Source: a virus
Lineage: Duplodnaviria; Caudoviricetes
Virus record (IMG/VR): IMGVR_UViG_3300043432_000295
Coordinates: 1-58,249 of that record
Length of the DNA: 58,249 nt
Direction: 5' to 3' (one strand)
A program made the translations under genes and the position numbers. The first letter of the stretch is position 1; each line of letters opens with the position of its first letter. Shown here one piece after another: positions 28,101 through 37,376 of this stretch. The notes beneath the pieces are model-generated. The model saw nothing but the letters and a program-made list of their open reading frames with translations, searched no databases and was not told the DNA's origin.

Positions 28101-28290
28101 AGATGCGAAAACGATTCGCGATCTGGCCTGGGCCAACCTGCCCTATGTCTGCGTGCGCGACGAGATCGGCGACCGCTGGCTGGCCAGCATCCAGATCCCC
28201 ACCGTCAACTCGCGGCTGAATCGGACGAAGTACTTCGCCCGCATCGAGATCACCGAGGTCACGCAGACGCCGGCGGTGATCGACCCGTGA
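25120..28290 (+). CDS. large minor tail protein
   Basis: Start MGNYNP after tape measure; beta-rich; contains a DSFTR...G.G..D.GGA module. Confidence 0.75.
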   Translation: MGNYNPRAPIVLGQEWVPIRNENAVFSPAVNSVELGHQFQTQASRTLATARFYINELQPLSDRGQTFMAAIYPAGTEDESGPIQSVIVPCNVCTVTNGTVSGPNAVEALLTRSTSTGISLDCSQPNAGLALSFATGSYAAPLTGKRILAIDLLTGTSASADITGPTRTTSTSLIKVSTNGVIGAVSDPEAIFGRLRVEREIDRAGFGEVNQFWTANSPNLIADRVPWIFSQINRFDNVLGQLFTRIETGTNRGTTANSSCYIFYAALEIIFCEEKRVAVGATQFGTANAAHSFGAESVLGANQILMHDMSNVLNPALGAGDYVLMLSSANVGGLNDNTAQNTSDYPNLNAVRELYTIPPHPGVQVNIPFPLTDHIGDVFTSDFTHILPQLSLHASGTGTITEPHVYGRAIDAHVYGTNTATQEIYDDISGVAASYPQVRYYARRFGDTTVPLTLTGTGVFTGSTVSITPADFDELTEILDGWREVTLRFINAPTLGAATGTPGWTWSANGETAGNRWEILGACAPAVSGVGGNLYNLVPAPNQLTGATYQPPAGATVELTWMPQGVGSPFVSSPSSDPTTDAVLIFSQDPPAVTGVSITARTQAVSGVGLDCGSLPCCIPTGIAYQQVTWSHQGLTTLVEDSFTRVVVNGFGSPDIGGAYALTDAATAYQVNGSEGTITPSVVSTDSYATIDVGSTDFDITAAVGVVGNIVTSSNARTILVGRFTSAISTYTAFVQQVQSTGALVLAITGSGLTAVTVTTAIDGGARINMRFMGQGSLLKAKVWPLSDPEPITWDLEITDTSITTGTRAGVGAQSRTNLGNTIAFDNLRITVPSYWFGGYELQRYDSVRGDFDTIMLASDIMQTSFNDYEARVGVSSVYRIRALNALNFAGPWSGQVTGAVPTPGVTGGCADATGALIFTSNADQTGANNAAYVMQWDGAPSEDFKLPEADMVQYQPMYGRDGSVAFHGTERGLETFDRTVLLNAAAIDPIRLADAKTIRDLAWANLPYVCVRDEIGDRWLASIQIPTVNSRLNRTKYFARIEITEVTQTPAVIDP

Positions 28291-29402
28291 CCGCGCCCGG
28301 AATCGGATCGGCATGGCCCGGTGCCAGCGCCCTGGTCACCGATACCCGGGCCGGCGCACTAAACCTTGACCAGTCGATCGGCCAGTTCCAGTACACCTAC
28401 CGCTTCGAGCTCGTCAACGCGGTCAGCGGCCTGCACCTGGGCGACATCCATCCAATCCGCAGCGCCACCATCCGTCACGACACCAGTCAGATCTCGAAAC
28501 GGACGCTGGGCCTTGCGCTGGGGAAGGCCGACACCGCGGCCATCAACGCGTTGACTGATCGCGTCGTTCCGTTCATGGTCATTCCGGGGATCCCGTGCCC
28601 GGACACGCCAAGCGGCGACTGGCCCCTGGGCCGCTACCAGTTCGTCGACAACCCGCGCAAGGTCTTCACCGGCGGCAAGCTCGGTCAACCCAGCCTGGTC
28701 GATGAGATGTTTCTGGTCGACCAGCCCATCCTGGCCGGCATCAACGGCGTCGGGAAGGTCGTGGACACGGTCATCGTCGAGGTCCTCACCGACCTGGCCA
28801 TCACGTTCGACATGGAACCCAGCAACTTCACCTCGGCCGACTCGTGGGGCATCGGCAAGCGCCGCGGCCAGATCCTCGAGGCCCTCAGCGTGGCCGGCGA
28901 CTACTGGTCGCCCTGGTTCGACAACTTCGGCGTGCTGCGGTTCCGTCGTACGTTCAACCCGGCGTTGCGCGTGCCCGATATCAACCTCGACATCGGGGCC
29001 CGCGTGTTCCGGGCCGACATCCTCGAAACCGACGACGTACTTACCGCCCCCAACACGTTTGTTGTCATATCAAACAACTCGGCGACACCGGAGGTCCCGG
29101 CGGTGGGGACGGCCACCGTGCCGATCAACGCACCCAACTCGGTGGCCAACCGCGGGTTCGCCATCACCAAGGTCGTCGACCTGCAGGTCAGCGACTCCGC
29201 CCAGGCCGCAGCCATCGCCAACGGCCTGGCCCAGCGACAGGCCATCTTCGAACAGGTGCAGCTGTCCACCGCGGCCGACCCCCGCCACGACGGCTACAAC
29301 GTGATCCGCTGGCAGGGCGCCAACTGGCTCGAGCTGTCCTGGTCGCTGACGCTCAAGCCCGGCGAGCCGATGACCCACACGATGCGCCGGAGCTACACGT
29401 GA
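28287..29402 (+). CDS. minor tail (hub-like) protein
   Basis: GTGA overlap; WPLGRY, PWFDNFG, DPRHD.Y motifs. Confidence 0.7.
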   Translation: MTAPGIGSAWPGASALVTDTRAGALNLDQSIGQFQYTYRFELVNAVSGLHLGDIHPIRSATIRHDTSQISKRTLGLALGKADTAAINALTDRVVPFMVIPGIPCPDTPSGDWPLGRYQFVDNPRKVFTGGKLGQPSLVDEMFLVDQPILAGINGVGKVVDTVIVEVLTDLAITFDMEPSNFTSADSWGIGKRRGQILEALSVAGDYWSPWFDNFGVLRFRRTFNPALRVPDINLDIGARVFRADILETDDVLTAPNTFVVISNNSATPEVPAVGTATVPINAPNSVANRGFAITKVVDLQVSDSAQAAAIANGLAQRQAIFEQVQLSTAADPRHDGYNVIRWQGANWLELSWSLTLKPGEPMTHTMRRSYT

Positions 29403-30076
29403 GCGACCCTCTCGGCGAGGCGGGCGCGATGGCGCAGGCTCAGGCCAAGGCCATGGTTCAGAACGCGCAGGCGCTCGGCCTGACGTGGACGCGGCGCCCA
29501 GCCACAGTCAGCAGCGACAGTCCGGTCATGGCCATCCAGGACGGCGACACCACCGCCATCGAGATGGCCACGCTCATCGGACCGGTCTACGTCGGGCAGC
29601 GCGTCTACGTCGACATCGTCCCCCCGTCGGGTAACTACATCGTCGGCACGGCTGCCTCAACGCAGCTCGGCGCCCGGGCCCGGGTCACCAACGCGCAGAA
29701 CGTCAACAGCGCCGCCCAGACCACCGCCATCTGGAACGTCGTCGACGAAGAGTCCGGTGCCGACTTCCTGGCCGTGGGCGGCACCGTCTTCACGGTCCCG
29801 GCCGCCGGCCTGTGGGCGATCACCTTCCAGCCAACCATGTCCGGCGGCGGCGGCACGCGCAACTTCGGGGCCATCAACGTCACCTCGACCCTGACCGGCG
29901 CCCCGAGCATCTACCGCGCGAGCTGGGACGCCGGCGAGGACCGCACCACCGTAGGCGTCACGATCCCGATGCTGGCCGGCGACACGTTCACCGCCAGCGT
30001 GTTTCAGAACAGCGGCGCCCCGCAGACGCTGGCGGCGTGGCTGGGCGTCTACAAGGTGGGAGGCTTCGTGGCATGA
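29399..30076 (+). CDS. minor tail protein with C1q-like C-terminal domain
   Basis: RPATV..DSP...GQRV N-terminus; FTVPAAGLW...AGDT...VFQNSG C-terminus. Confidence 0.65.
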   Translation: MSDPLGEAGAMAQAQAKAMVQNAQALGLTWTRRPATVSSDSPVMAIQDGDTTAIEMATLIGPVYVGQRVYVDIVPPSGNYIVGTAASTQLGARARVTNAQNVNSAAQTTAIWNVVDEESGADFLAVGGTVFTVPAAGLWAITFQPTMSGGGGTRNFGAINVTSTLTGAPSIYRASWDAGEDRTTVGVTIPMLAGDTFTASVFQNSGAPQTLAAWLGVYKVGGFVA

Positions 30077-30720
30077 GGACAGCTGCCGTGATCCTGACCC
30101 ACAACCGCCCCGAACTGCTGGCGCAGTGCGTCGCCGCCATCAAGCCGCAGGTGGACATGGTGATCGTGGTCGACAATGCCAGCGAGCCGGCCGCGCAGGT
30201 TGGGCCCGGCGTGGTCCTCATCCAGATCCCGGACCAGCCGCCCAACCTGGCCCGGTTCTGGAACGTCGGACTCAGCGTGGCCATGGCCGAGGGCGCGGAG
30301 CGGGTCGCGTTCCTGTGCGACGACGCGATCGTTCCGGATGGCTGGTTCGCCGCGGTCCTCGAGGGCATGGCGGCGACCGGCGCCGTGGTGGGTTGCAGCG
30401 ACCCGCACGGCCACCTCCCGGCCGGCCACACCCGCGTCAAGACCGCACCCGATGCCGCCATCATGGAGCGCATGCCTGGCCACGCCTGGGTCCTCGACCC
30501 AGCCAGCCCGGTCCGCCCGGACGAGTCGATGCTGCTCTGGTACTGCGACACGGACGTGGACTGGCAGGCCCGCCACGCCAGCGGGATGGTCATGGTCGGC
30601 GGCTACCCCGTCCCGAACATCCACCCAAGCGGGTTCATGCTCACCCACCCGGAGCTCATCGACCAGACTGGCCAGGACGGGCTCACCTTCTCGGCGAAGT
30701 GGTCCTGGCGACCCTGGTGA
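30073..30720 (+). CDS. glycosyltransferase, GT-A (family 2-like)
   Basis: AVILTHNRPELLAQC, VIVVDNAS, FLCDD, WYCDTD. Confidence 0.85.
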   Translation: MRTAAVILTHNRPELLAQCVAAIKPQVDMVIVVDNASEPAAQVGPGVVLIQIPDQPPNLARFWNVGLSVAMAEGAERVAFLCDDAIVPDGWFAAVLEGMAATGAVVGCSDPHGHLPAGHTRVKTAPDAAIMERMPGHAWVLDPASPVRPDESMLLWYCDTDVDWQARHASGMVMVGGYPVPNIHPSGFMLTHPELIDQTGQDGLTFSAKWSWRPW

Positions 30721-30778
30721 CAATGGAGCCGGCGCAGGCGGAGTTACTCGCTCCGGAGTTTCCCGCGCCGGCCTCGTC

Positions 30779-30825
30779 AGTCTAGGTCTACGGGCTAGTG
30801 ACGTGTCAAGTGGTTCTGATACCGT
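30779..30825. promoter_or_regulatory. Promoter(s) with operator copy 3
   Basis: Operator 30795-30809; plus GTGACG-16-TACCGT-6-ATG(30832); possible minus TTGACA-19-TAGACT. Confidence 0.65.
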
Positions 30826-30831
30826 CTGCTC

Positions 30832-31458
30832 ATGCCATCGGTCGCCTACGGGTGCTGCGTCGGATCGTGGGAACGCTTCAACCGCTACGTCGTGCCGCCA
30901 GCCAGCGGTGCCCCGGTGCTCGGACTGAGCGGTCAGACCTCGATCGCCAACGCGTACAACGCCATTCTCGACGCGTACCGCGGGCAGGACTTCGACCTGG
31001 TCATCCTGCAGCATGACGATCTTGAAATCACGGATCCCGACCATGTAGCCAAGTTCGCTGCGATCTTCGCTGAAGACGAGTACACCATGCTCGCCGGCGT
31101 TGCTGGCGGCTCGGCGCGAAGCGGTTTGGGCTGGTGGAACTGCGAGCCAATCGGCCACCAGCAGACCGACGCGGGCATGATCGATTTCGGGCCGCGGACC
31201 GGTATCGTCGACCTGCTTGAAGGCAGCATTCTGGCGTTTTCCCGTGGTGGACTTGAGAGGCTGGGCTTCGAGTCACGGCCGGGATTCCACGGCTATGACG
31301 AAGTTGCCATGGTCGTTGCTCGGCAGCCAGGCTGGCGCTCCGTCGTGGTCGATATCGACACCCACCACCACACCCCGCTGGGGTTCGACAACGACGCGAG
31401 CCACGAGGACTGGCTGGCCGCTGACCGCTGGTTCCGACAGAAATGGAGCATCGGGTGA
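30832..31458 (+). CDS. glycosyltransferase-like (GT-A)
   Basis: SIANAYN, ILQHDDL, GVAG, GFHGYD. Confidence 0.75.
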   Translation: MPSVAYGCCVGSWERFNRYVVPPASGAPVLGLSGQTSIANAYNAILDAYRGQDFDLVILQHDDLEITDPDHVAKFAAIFAEDEYTMLAGVAGGSARSGLGWWNCEPIGHQQTDAGMIDFGPRTGIVDLLEGSILAFSRGGLERLGFESRPGFHGYDEVAMVVARQPGWRSVVVDIDTHHHTPLGFDNDASHEDWLAADRWFRQKWSIG

Positions 31459-32654
31459 AGCGCACGACCTGCTCGGCCTGCGGCGCGGGCGACCTCGAGA
31501 TGTTCCTGGATCTCGGACCCTCGCCCATCGCCGACGCCTACACCGAGAACTTCGGCCTGGACGCGCCGACCTATCCCCTGCAGGTCGCGGCCTGCCCGAA
31601 GTGCCGCCTCGTGCAGCTGCTTGAAGTGCTCGACGCCGACGTGCTCTTCGGAACGGGCTACAGCTTCTACTCCTCGGCCAGCCCGCCCCTGAGCGCCTAT
31701 CACGCCGCCTACGCCCAGGACCTCCTGGTGACCCATGGCGAGCAGGCCGCCATGGGCGTGCTGGAGATCGGCTGCAACGACGGCGACATGCTGCGCCACT
31801 TCGCCCACCTGCCGCACCTCGGCGTCGATCCGGCGCAGGGGCCGGCCAGCGTTGCTCGTGGGCGCGAACTGAACGTCCTCGGCGAGGCGTTCTCACGCGG
31901 GCTACCTGTGATCGAGGCGATGCGCGAGAAGTTCGGGCTGGTGATCGCCAACCACGTCCTGGCCCACGTCGCCGATGTGTCCGACGTGCTGGCCGGCATC
32001 GCCCACGGGCTCCGACCGGACGGCATCGCCTTCATCGAGGTCCAGTACCTGCCCGACCTGCTGATCAACAACAGCTTCGACCTCGTCTATCACGAGCACC
32101 GCAACTTCTTCTCCCTGTCCACGCTCGAATACGCCCTCTGGCGCCACGGCCTGCGCGTCATCGACGCCCAGCTCACGGACCGCCAGGGCGGTTCGCTGCG
32201 CGTGGCCGCTGTGCATCGCGACGGGATCGTCGCTGACGATCTGACCGACCGCAGGGTCAGCAACCTGCGTGACAGCGAGGCGTGGCTGCAGTCGTTCGGC
32301 GCGTACGAGGGTATGCAGGGCCGCGCCGAGCGCATCCGCGACCGTCTGGTCCAGATGCTCGACGAGGCCAACGACAGGGGCGTCGTGGCGCTGTACGGGG
32401 CGCCGGCCAAGGCCACCACGCTGCTCAACTTCTGCGGCCTGACCTACGTCGACCTGCCCTACTGCTGGGACACGACGCCGGCCAAGCAGGGTCGCCACAT
32501 CCCCGGCACGGGCATCGAGATCCGCGAGCCGTGGCGCGGCGACCGACCGCACACGTTCCTGCTCGCCTCGTGGAATTACGCCCGGCAGATCGTCAAGGGC
32601 CATCCCGGCTTCGACTGGATCATCCCGTTCCCCGCGCCCTGGCTGCTGCCATGA
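31455..32654 (+). CDS. NDP-sugar C-methyltransferase-like SAM-dependent methyltransferase
   Basis: CSAC...LDLG.SP...C..C.LVQL; LEIGCNDG; NHVLAHV; YHEH; YGAPAKATTLLN; KQGRHIPG. Confidence 0.9.
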   Translation: MKRTTCSACGAGDLEMFLDLGPSPIADAYTENFGLDAPTYPLQVAACPKCRLVQLLEVLDADVLFGTGYSFYSSASPPLSAYHAAYAQDLLVTHGEQAAMGVLEIGCNDGDMLRHFAHLPHLGVDPAQGPASVARGRELNVLGEAFSRGLPVIEAMREKFGLVIANHVLAHVADVSDVLAGIAHGLRPDGIAFIEVQYLPDLLINNSFDLVYHEHRNFFSLSTLEYALWRHGLRVIDAQLTDRQGGSLRVAAVHRDGIVADDLTDRRVSNLRDSEAWLQSFGAYEGMQGRAERIRDRLVQMLDEANDRGVVALYGAPAKATTLLNFCGLTYVDLPYCWDTTPAKQGRHIPGTGIEIREPWRGDRPHTFLLASWNYARQIVKGHPGFDWIIPFPAPWLLP

Positions 32655-33148
32655 AGCTCAATCTCGGCTGCGGAGATCGGTACGCCGATGGGTGGTGGAA
32701 TGTTGATTTCGCCGGGTCGCCGCACCGCAAGGACGAAGAGGTCGACCTGCGCACCAGTCTGTTGCCATGGGTGGGGATCGAGCTTGCATACGCCGGTCAC
32801 GTCCTCGAGCACCTCTATGTCGATGAGGTGCTGGTGCTGCTGCGAGCCCTGCGTGGCGCTATGGCGTCAGATGGCGAGTTGATGGTGGTCGGCCCGGACG
32901 TCATCGTGGCCCAGGGCATGGCCGTGGCCGGCACGCTGGACGTGACCATGGATTCGCTGACCAACGGCGGGCACCGCTGGCATGGCGACGAGCACCGCTG
33001 GCACTGCACGACCTGGGCTGTCGAGGCGCTGCTGCGGGCGGCCAGCTGGCATCGCGTTACGCGCTTGTCCATCAACGACGTCGACCCGCTCTGGCCGGTG
33101 GCCGACCGCCGGCCGCAGTGGCAGTGCGCAGTCAGCGCCCGCCCATGA
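32651..33148 (+). CDS. class I SAM-dependent methyltransferase
   Basis: MKLNLGCG, WWNVD, HVLEHL. Confidence 0.85.
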   Translation: MKLNLGCGDRYADGWWNVDFAGSPHRKDEEVDLRTSLLPWVGIELAYAGHVLEHLYVDEVLVLLRALRGAMASDGELMVVGPDVIVAQGMAVAGTLDVTMDSLTNGGHRWHGDEHRWHCTTWAVEALLRAASWHRVTRLSINDVDPLWPVADRRPQWQCAVSARP

Positions 33149-33756
33149 GTATCGGGGTGATCATTCCGACGATTCCGCCGCGGAAGGCCCTGCTCCTGCG
33201 GGCGCTGACCAGCGTCGGCCGCCAGACCATGATGCCCGCGGCGGTGAGCGTGGCCGTCGACCTCGAGCAGCGCGGCGCGCCGGTCACGCGCCAGCGGGCG
33301 CTGGACGGCCTCGAAGCCGGCGTCGAGTGGGTCGCGCCACTGGACGATGACGACGAGTTCAAGCCATTCCACCTGCAGGCACTGTGGGAGCACGCCCAGG
33401 AGACCGGAGCGGACTACGTCTACTCGTGGTTCGAGCTCGTCGCCCCGGACGGCATGTCCTACGGCGACTATGACCCGGTCTTCCCGCCGACGCACTTCAC
33501 GAACCCGTTCGACCCGGCCGACCCGATCGAGACCACCATCACGATCCTGATCCGGCGCGAACTGCTGCTCGCTGTCGGCGGCTACGAGGCGCTGCACCGG
33601 CCGGAGGAGTACGCGAAGGGCGCCTCGACCGGAGAGGACCGCAACCTGACGTTGCGCTGCATCGAGGCTGGCGCCACTATCAGCCACCTGGTTCGCCGGA
33701 CCTGGCGCTGGCACCACCATGGGCGCAACACGAGCGGAAGGCCGGACCGATGGTGA
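33145..33756 (+). CDS. glycosyltransferase family 2
   Basis: VIIPTIPPR, APLDDDD, GED, WHHHGRNTSG. Confidence 0.85.
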   Translation: MSIGVIIPTIPPRKALLLRALTSVGRQTMMPAAVSVAVDLEQRGAPVTRQRALDGLEAGVEWVAPLDDDDEFKPFHLQALWEHAQETGADYVYSWFELVAPDGMSYGDYDPVFPPTHFTNPFDPADPIETTITILIRRELLLAVGGYEALHRPEEYAKGASTGEDRNLTLRCIEAGATISHLVRRTWRWHHHGRNTSGRPDRW

Positions 33757-34349
33757 CCATGGTGATGCCGGTGCATCCGGCCCGGTGGAGGACCACGATG
33801 CGCCGGGCGCTGCGCTCCGTCCTGGCCCAGACCATGCCGGTGGCCGCCATGAGTATCGTGAGCGACCTGGCCGGCGCCGGCGCCGGCCCGACCCGCGATC
33901 GGGCCCTGGCTGCGGTGCGCACGCCCTGGGTGGCCTTCCTGGACTCCGATGACGAGTGGTGGCCCAACCACGTCGAACAGTTGCTCGCCTGCGCCGACGA
34001 GACCGGCGCCGACGTGGTCTATTCCGCTTGTCGCGTCATCCACACCCAACTCGGCGAGATTCCGGCGACCCACCCGGGGTTTGAGGAGTGGGGCCGGCCG
34101 GGCCGCCGGTTCGATCCTGACCTGCTGCGCCAGAAGTCCTATCTGCCGGTGACCAGCCTGGTCCGCACCGAGTTGGCCCAGCAGTGCAGCTTCGTCCCGC
34201 CCGGCGGCAGCCACTACGACGACTGGGGCTTCTACCTGGGCCTGCTCGACCTGGGCGCCACGTTCACGCACCTGCCACGGATCACCTGGGTGTGGCACCA
34301 CGGGCCGCACAACACGTCCGGAAAGCCGACGAAGGGGGACGCAGCATGA
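33750..34349 (+). CDS. glycosyltransferase family 2 (paralog of previous)
   Basis: ALRSVLAQT, VAFLDSDD, DDW, WHHGPHNTSG. Confidence 0.88.
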   Translation: MVTMVMPVHPARWRTTMRRALRSVLAQTMPVAAMSIVSDLAGAGAGPTRDRALAAVRTPWVAFLDSDDEWWPNHVEQLLACADETGADVVYSACRVIHTQLGEIPATHPGFEEWGRPGRRFDPDLLRQKSYLPVTSLVRTELAQQCSFVPPGGSHYDDWGFYLGLLDLGATFTHLPRITWVWHHGPHNTSGKPTKGDAA

Positions 34350-34642
34350 GCGAGCATGAGCACCGCTGGGGTCGCGAGAATCGCCAAGGTCAGTGCGATT
34401 GCGGCCTGTGCAGGCTTCCCGATCCGCGTGGCCTCGACTGCGCTGGTTGCTCGGCGTACCTGAGCCCCGGCGACGCTGACTTCGACGAGCTCTACGAGGC
34501 CGCTCCATGGTGGTACGACGTCGAGGACGACGAGGAGCAGACCGCGGCTGGTCCGTTCGATATCGATGCGGCGCTCGAGATTCCGGTGATCAGCGTGCGA
34601 CGGGGCGGGATTCGGTTCCCATCGAAGGGCGATGCAGCATGA
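34346..34642 (+). CDS. small Cys-rich hypothetical protein
   Basis: ATGA-coupled; CDCGLC...CAGC. Confidence 0.55.
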   Translation: MSEHEHRWGRENRQGQCDCGLCRLPDPRGLDCAGCSAYLSPGDADFDELYEAAPWWYDVEDDEEQTAAGPFDIDAALEIPVISVRRGGIRFPSKGDAA

Positions 34643-34764
34643 TCTGGTTTCTGCTCGGCGTTTTCGTCGGCGCGCTGGCGGTCTGGTGCCGGTCGTGCAT
34701 CAACGGCGAGCAGCTTGGCCACACCCGCGAATGCCAACTCAGGCACATGGACTCATTCCTGTGA
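34639..34764 (+). CDS. small membrane peptide
   Basis: ATGA-coupled; hydrophobic N-terminus. Confidence 0.45.
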   Translation: MIWFLLGVFVGALAVWCRSCINGEQLGHTRECQLRHMDSFL

Positions 34765-35870
34765 TCGTCTACGTCTACCCGGCCGATACGACCGCCTGTG
34801 GTTCGGTGCGGCTCATCTGGCCGGCCGCCGCCCTGCGAGCCGCCGGTCATGACGTGCGGGTGGTGTTGCCGCAGCAGCGGGCCGGCATCGGTGGCGACAT
34901 CGACACGAAGACCAACCAGCTCAAGAACGTGATCATCCCGCCCGACGCGGATGTCATCGTGCTGCAGCGGGTGGCCTTCGCGCACATGGCGCAGGCCGTG
35001 CCGATGATCCGGGCTCGTGGCGTGGCCGTCGTGGTCGACATGGACGACGACCTCACCAAGATCGACCCCAGTAACCCGGCGTTCTGGGCGCTGCGCACCG
35101 ATGGCGTAGGGCGGATGGCCCACCACAACTACCGCAACGCCCACGCCGCCTGCCTCACCGCCACTCTGGTCACCTTGTCCACACCGGCCCTACTCAAGGT
35201 CTACGCCCCGCACGGACGCGGCGTCGTGATCGAGAACCGGATCCCCGCCGGCTACCTCGACATCGAGCACGTCGACTCGGCAACACTGGGCTGGCCCGGC
35301 TCGGTACACTCGCACCCAGCGGACCTGCACCAGCTCGGCCCCGCCGTGCAGCGCCTCGTCCACGAAGGTGCGACCTACCGCGGCGTGGGCCCGGACTACG
35401 CCGACGTGCCCGGCGACGGAGCACTGCGCCGGGCACTGGGGCTGGCACAGGATCCGCCGGTGACCGGAGCGGTCGACATGAGCGAGTACCCGCGCCGCGT
35501 CGCCGAGATCGGGGTGGGCCTGGCACCACTGGCGCAAACCGCGTTCAACTCGGCCAAGAGCTGGCTCAAGCCGCTGGAGATGATGGCGTGCGGGGTGCCG
35601 TTCGTGGCCCAGAACTTCGAGGAGTACCGACGCCTGATGCTCTACGCCGGCCTGATAGGGCACGGCGTGGCCAACACCCCTAAGGACTGGTACCGCAAGC
35701 TCAAGGCGCTGGTGCTCAGCCAGCCGCTGCGCGAAGAGATCAGCGAAACTGGGCGCGACTTCGCCTCACGCATGACCATCGAAGGCAACGCCTGGCACTG
35801 GTGGGAGGCCTGGGCCGCAGCGTTTGACCTGCAGAAAGGCCGCGCCGTGACCGGCCTGGGCGTACCATAG
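34761..35870 (+). CDS. glycosyltransferase, GT-B fold
   Basis: VIVLQR, VVDMDDDL, LGWPGS..SH..DL, GLAPL..FN.AKSWLK.LE..ACGVP. Confidence 0.85.
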   Translation: MIVYVYPADTTACGSVRLIWPAAALRAAGHDVRVVLPQQRAGIGGDIDTKTNQLKNVIIPPDADVIVLQRVAFAHMAQAVPMIRARGVAVVVDMDDDLTKIDPSNPAFWALRTDGVGRMAHHNYRNAHAACLTATLVTLSTPALLKVYAPHGRGVVIENRIPAGYLDIEHVDSATLGWPGSVHSHPADLHQLGPAVQRLVHEGATYRGVGPDYADVPGDGALRRALGLAQDPPVTGAVDMSEYPRRVAEIGVGLAPLAQTAFNSAKSWLKPLEMMACGVPFVAQNFEEYRRLMLYAGLIGHGVANTPKDWYRKLKALVLSQPLREEISETGRDFASRMTIEGNAWHWWEAWAAAFDLQKGRAVTGLGVP

Positions 35871-35875
35871 CGATC

Positions 35876-36922
35876 ATGACGTTGTTCGGCTGGGACGCGA
35901 GCGACTTCGACTGGGCCCGCGGCCCGATGGACCTGGTCGCGGCCAAGGCCGACGGCATCACCTGGTTCACGCACAAGGCCACCGAGGCCACCAACGTCAA
36001 GCACATACACCTGGCCGGCGCCCTCGACCGGGCCCGGGACGCCGGCATCGAGTTCCTCGGCGCCTACCACGTCGTGCGCTCGTCGCCGTCGGTGCCGGCC
36101 CAGGTCAACTACTTCCTCGGCTACCTCGACGCCGTGGTGCCGTGGTGGCGGGCCTTCCCGGGCTTCATGCTGCAGGTCGACCTGGAGCTGTGGTCATACG
36201 ACCAGGTGTCGGCCGCGACTGGTGCCGCCTTCGCGGCCGCGCTGCAGGCCGCCCAGCCCAAGCGGGTCCTGACGTACGCCTCGCGCGGCATGTACGGCGA
36301 CAGCCTGACCGGGCTGGACACTCCGCTGTGGAACGCCAACTACGGCAAGGGCGATCCGGCCGGCCACTATGTCGATGTCTACCCGGGCGATCAGGGGGCG
36401 GGCTGGGCCGCCTACTCCGGGCAGACGCCGGTCATGTGGCAGTACGGGTCCCGGTGCACCATCGGCTCCCAGCCCGGCTGCGACGCCAACGCGTTCCGCG
36501 GCACGTTGGCCGACCTGCGCGAGCTCATCACCGGCGACGCGAACCCCTCGACCAGCCTGCCCGGCTGGCCAGTCCGACGAAAGGCGCCCGACATGATCGG
36601 CATTCGCGACCCCGAGGGTGGGGAGTTCACGATCGCGATGGACTCACTGTCGCCCACCGGCTACGTCTATACACCGGTCGTCTCCGCCGACCGGTCGATC
36701 GCCCTGCAGGTCGGTGGCGTGGTGATGGTCGACAACGGCACCCGGCCCGGCGCGTTCGGCCCATCGGGGACCGAGGTCCGCGACCGGCTAGTGGCCGACG
36801 TGGTGGCCGCGGTCGTGGCCAGGCTGCCGGTCGGCGGAGGCGATGGAGCGGGGCTGACCGCCGAGCAGGTCGCGGTAGCGGTCCGGACGGAGCTGGACCG
36901 GACCAAGCTCGGCCGAGCCTGA
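35876..36922 (+). CDS. endolysin, GH25 muramidase
   Basis: GWDAS, HKATE, GAYH, VDLE, LWNANY, WQY, DANAFRG. Confidence 0.9.
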   Translation: MTLFGWDASDFDWARGPMDLVAAKADGITWFTHKATEATNVKHIHLAGALDRARDAGIEFLGAYHVVRSSPSVPAQVNYFLGYLDAVVPWWRAFPGFMLQVDLELWSYDQVSAATGAAFAAALQAAQPKRVLTYASRGMYGDSLTGLDTPLWNANYGKGDPAGHYVDVYPGDQGAGWAAYSGQTPVMWQYGSRCTIGSQPGCDANAFRGTLADLRELITGDANPSTSLPGWPVRRKAPDMIGIRDPEGGEFTIAMDSLSPTGYVYTPVVSADRSIALQVGGVVMVDNGTRPGAFGPSGTEVRDRLVADVVAAVVARLPVGGGDGAGLTAEQVAVAVRTELDRTKLGRA

Positions 36923-36927
36923 CCTGC

Positions 36928-37104
36928 ATGGAGATCGCCGCCATCATCACGGCGGTCTCTGTGCTGCTCACGGCCATGGTCACCGGCTTCATCCAGATCC
37001 GCCACGAGGTCCGCAGCGTGCACAGGATCGTCAATCAGCAACGTACGGACATGATCGAGGAAATCAAGACGCTCCGGGCCATCATGCGACAGGACATCTC
37101 GTGA
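36928..37104 (+). CDS. small membrane protein (lysis cassette)
   Basis: N-terminal TM, VH.IVNQQRTD. Confidence 0.6.
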   Translation: MEIAAIITAVSVLLTAMVTGFIQIRHEVRSVHRIVNQQRTDMIEEIKTLRAIMRQDIS

Positions 37105-37376
37105 GCATCGAAGAGTGGCAGGCTATCGGCATCGTCTGTGGGGCGATTCTCGCGCTGGCCGGCGTGATGCTGCTCATCGGGAAGGGGCTGAGCGTGCTCT
37201 GGCAGTGGAAATTTGGCAATGAGCTCAAGGCGGCTATGGCGCGGATAGAGGCCAAGCTCGACGCGCACCTCGACTCGCACGCAGATCCTGGCGAGCAGCC
37301 AGCTAAGCCGCCCACACCGCGTCCCAGCCCCAACGGAAGGCTGCCGACCACCGGGCGTCGAGTCAGAAGGGCATGA
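37101..37376 (+). CDS. membrane protein (lysis cassette)
   Basis: TM followed by RIEAKLDAHL. Confidence 0.6.
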   Translation: MSIEEWQAIGIVCGAILALAGVMLLIGKGLSVLWQWKFGNELKAAMARIEAKLDAHLDSHADPGEQPAKPPTPRPSPNGRLPTTGRRVRRA

